Shown here piece after piece: positions 61,628 through 64,000 of a stretch of 64,000 bases of DNA. The DNA is taken from positions 1,787-65,786 of the forward strand of contig CAZGDV010000002.1 in NCBI GenBank assembly GCA_964524995.1, in the 5' to 3' direction. The stretch is from an uncultured Dehalococcoidia bacterium. GTDB taxonomy: Bacteria > Chloroflexota > Dehalococcoidia > SZUA-161. The position numbers and the translations under genes were made by a program. A model generated the notes under the pieces. It was given only the letters and a program-made list of their open reading frames with translations, made no database searches and had not been told where the DNA came from. How positions within the stretch are numbered: position 1 is the first letter of the stretch; each line of letters starts with the position of its first letter.

Positions 61628-64000
61628 GTGCTCCGTTCGCGCTATGATCTCGTCCTGGACGCGCCTCGTCAGGTCGCAGAAGTAGGCCGAGTAGCCAGCC
61701 ACCCGCACCATCAGCGCCGGGTAGTTGTCCGGGTGCGCTTGCGCGTCCAGCAGCGTCTCCCTGTCCACGACGTTGACCTGCAGGTGCATCCCGCCCATGT
61801 CGAAATAGGTACGCACCAGCGAGGTCAGCACGTGCGTCCCGTTGTCGCCGCGCAGGTTCTGCGGGTGGAACTTGAGGTTGACCGCTACGCCGTTCGTGGC
61901 CAGCGAGTAATCGACCTTGGCAACGGACTTGAGGGCTGCCGTGGGGCCCTTCCTGTCCCAGCCATCGCTGGGTGAGATGCCGTTGGCGAAGGTCTCCATC
62001 GCCCTCCGGCCGCTCGGCAGCGCCCCGCAGAACTGGCCGAAGGCCTTGTGACAGGTCATGCTCAGGTGACCGGGCAGGTACGCGCCGCCGCGCGAGTTTG
62101 GATGCTTCGCCACCTCCCGGCAGTAGATGCCCGACACTATCCTCGCGTATTTGTCGGCGAGGTCGTGGTCGTTGCCGTACTTCGCCACCTTCAGAATCTC
62201 TTCGTGCAGGGCCTCATGGCCAGCGAAGTTGTCCTTGAGCGCCTGGAGAAGCTCCTCCATCGTGACGCGCTTCTCGGCGAACACCAGCCGGTCTATCGCC
62301 GCGAGCGAGTCGGCGACATCGGCGGTCCCCACCCCCTGCACCCCCGTGAAGTTGTACTCGGCGCCGCCTGCAGTCACGTCGCGCCCGTTCTCCATACACC
62401 CGCCCATCACCGATGAAAGCAAGGGGCTGGGGCATTGCTCCTCGTGGGCGATGCTGAGGGCGTTGAGGCCGATCACCATCTGCTCGACCACGAAGGACAC
62501 CTGCTTCCTGAAGGCGTCGATCACGTCATCCATCGAGTTGAAGTCACGGGAGTCGCCGGTGGCCAGGCCGACGCGCTGATTGAGGACGGTCATGTAGCCG
62601 TCGTTCAGGGCCATCTCGAGGCAGGCGGGCAGGCTCATCAGCGCCGCGTCCGTGGAGCCGAAAGTCTTGTATGGCACCGACGTCTCCACACAGCCGATGA
62701 TCACGTAGTCCCTGGCGTCCTCGAGCGTGATGCCGGTAGTCTCCAGCGCGGGGACGACGACGTTGTCGTTCAGCAGGGCGGGGTACCCGCTGCCGCGCTT
62801 GATGACCTCGGAGACACGTTTCAGGTAGTCCTGCGGCGAGTCCCTGTGAATGCGCGCATGGATATTGGGGTGCCTGGTGGCTATCAGCTCCCTCGTGTCG
62901 AGTATGCGATGGCTCAGCTCGTTCGTGGCGTCGTCGCCGTCGGCAGTGAGCCCGCCGATCGTGAGGGCGGGCATGGCGGGGAAGCCCTCGAAGAACTGCG
63001 CTATGCCGTCGCAGAACAGGGGCACGAACTCGGAGTACTTGATGAACAGGCAGCCCAGAAGCTCGATCGCCCGGTGCTCGGTGAGGATGCCTTTCTCGAT
63101 ATCGCGCTTGTAGTAGGGGTAGAGGTACTGGTCGAGCCTGCCCAGGCAGATTGCCTGCTCGTAGTTCTCCTGGTGCAGCGCCACCTGCACCAGCCATATG
63201 CTCTGCACGGCCTCGTGGAAGGTCTCTGCGGGCTTCGCGGGCACCTTGTCGCAGATCCTGGCGATCTCCTGCAGCTCGGCCTTGCGCTCGGGATCGGCCA
63301 CCCCGGCGGCGAGCTTCAGCGCCTCGTCGCGGCACCTGTGGGCGTAGTCGATGGCGGCCTGGCAGACGATTTGCACCGCCTTGTAGAAGGAGCGTTTCCT
63401 GAGCAGGCTGGGGTACTCCGCAGGGCCCGTGTCGATCTCCTCCAGTCTCTCCCCGGCCTCCCGGATGATGCCCTCCAGCCCCACCTCCACCAGCCTCGGG
63501 TAGTCCGGCGACGTGTGGGAAATGCCCCCGGCCTCGGTGAGCATGTAGACGCCGAACATGCCCAGCAGCGTTATGGGCGCGGGCGGGGAGGTGTAGGCCT
63601 CCGCGTAGTCCATGACCGCCTTCCCCTGCCAGTAGGGGAAGATGTCGTTCTCCAGCTCCCGCCTGTCGGCGTCCGTGATCTGGAGGGAGTTGCCCTCGCG
63701 CCCGGAGAGGCGGTCGAGCTCGGGCCAGATGAGGAGGCCGGACAGCTCGGGGTAGACGACCGCGCCGATCCGCTTGGTGCTGATGCTGCCCGCGAGCAGC
63801 TCGTCGGGGCGAATCTCGACGTCGATGTTGCGCAGGACGTGGGCCACCGCCTGCGCCCGCCTGATCAGGGGCGGGTCGAACCAGACGTGCTCGCCCCTCA
63901 TGTACTGCGTAAGATAGCGGGCCCTCTGTACGCAGACCTCTTTCTTGGCGTCCAGCAAGCCCTTGTAGAGAAACGACAGCCTGGGGAACGAGTCCAGCGA
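61613..64000 (-). CDS. Glycyl-radical enzyme, PFL2/dehydratase-eliminase type (N-terminus outside window)
   Basis: C-terminal RVAGYSAYF glycyl-radical motif and the GCVETS single-Cys/Glu active-site loop. The frame stays open to position 64000. Confidence 0.9.
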   Translation of the reverse strand, partial: SLDSFPRLSFLYKGLLDAKKEVCVQRARYLTQYMRGEHVWFDPPLIRRAQAVAHVLRNIDVEIRPDELLAGSISTKRIGAVVYPELSGLLIWPELDRLSGREGNSLQITDADRRELENDIFPYWQGKAVMDYAEAYTSPPAPITLLGMFGVYMLTEAGGISHTSPDYPRLVEVGLEGIIREAGERLEEIDTGPAEYPSLLRKRSFYKAVQIVCQAAIDYAHRCRDEALKLAAGVADPERKAELQEIARICDKVPAKPAETFHEAVQSIWLVQVALHQENYEQAICLGRLDQYLYPYYKRDIEKGILTEHRAIELLGCLFIKYSEFVPLFCDGIAQFFEGFPAMPALTIGGLTADGDDATNELSHRILDTRELIATRHPNIHARIHRDSPQDYLKRVSEVIKRGSGYPALLNDNVVVPALETTGITLEDARDYVIIGCVETSVPYKTFGSTDAALMSLPACLEMALNDGYMTVLNQRVGLATGDSRDFNSMDDVIDAFRKQVSFVVEQMVIGLNALSIAHEEQCPSPLLSSVMGGCMENGRDVTAGGAEYNFTGVQGVGTADVADSLAAIDRLVFAEKRVTMEELLQALKDNFAGHEALHEEILKVAKYGNDHDLADKYARIVSGIYCREVAKHPNSRGGAYLPGHLSMTCHKAFGQFCGALPSGRRAMETFANGISPSDGWDRKGPTAALKSVAKVDYSLATNGVAVNLKFHPQNLRGDNGTHVLTSLVRTYFDMGGMHLQVNVVDRETLLDAQAHPDNYPALMVRVAGYSAYFCDLTRRVQDEIIARTEHGCPV

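Noticed and set aside
1-64000. Search of intergenic regions for tRNA, rRNA, tmRNA, RNase P and SRP RNA genes.
   Set aside because: I found no cloverleaf-compatible GTTCGAATC-type T-arm in any spacer and no rRNA-like conserved blocks. By eye this is not exhaustive; tRNAscan-SE and Infernal should confirm.

Overview
This is a 64-kb high-GC, tightly packed bacterial chromosomal segment; strong GGAGG Shine-Dalgarno use and the gene content suggest an anaerobe, but I cannot assign taxonomy from sequence alone. Layout: (1) 0-19.8 kb is a housekeeping block: partial parA plus a small RHH gene, argJ / argB-UPF0182-argD-argG-argH-rpe, rpmB, yloV-like-recG-argS, a hexapeptide/gamma-CA protein, DUF4870, and trpS with an IMPase. 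(2) 19.9-25.8 kb holds a minus-strand anaerobic CO dehydrogenase (cooS) cluster with unusual Fe-S partners and a Crp/Fnr regulator. (3) 26-31.4 kb holds trkA-trkH, a hypothetical gene, a PaaI thioesterase and two tandem BASS-like transporters. (4) 31.5-45.8 kb is a mosaic accessory, defence-type stretch. It contains hicBA, XRE-ImmA/IrrE + DUF4411, TetR + MacB-type ABC exporter, two envelope proteins, a Type II R-M (SPPY methyltransferase + NgoMIV-family endonuclease), a DUF45 metallopeptidase, and an HTH-fused HipA-like kinase + HipS-like/HIRAN operon. (5) 45.8-64 kb holds DUF2284, a CPBP protease, membrane proteins, a CrtC/AttH-like protein, SDR, two paralogous DHA2 MFS exporters, DUF169, PIG-L deacetylase, a CPA2 antiporter, nitronate monooxygenase, a duplicated-membrane-protein + wHTH operon, a PLP D-Cys-desulfhydrase/ACC-deaminase-like enzyme and a partial glycyl-radical enzyme. 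I saw no rRNA, tRNA, CRISPR array, transposase or integrase. The most interesting signals are: the kinase/HipS-HIRAN module with a consensus promoter, a triple operator-like repeat and a near-leaderless start; a strand-polar family of 8-bp-phased intergenic repeats at 11 or more sites; a duplicated intergenic element built from GGAGC-N4-GCTCC dyads; an orphan promoter-structured RNA-terminator unit at 38.0-38.2 kb; and an unexplained ~360-bp structured spacer with 31-34-bp direct repeats at 56.5-56.9 kb. All calls come from reading the sequence and ORF translations by eye; no database search or computation was run.
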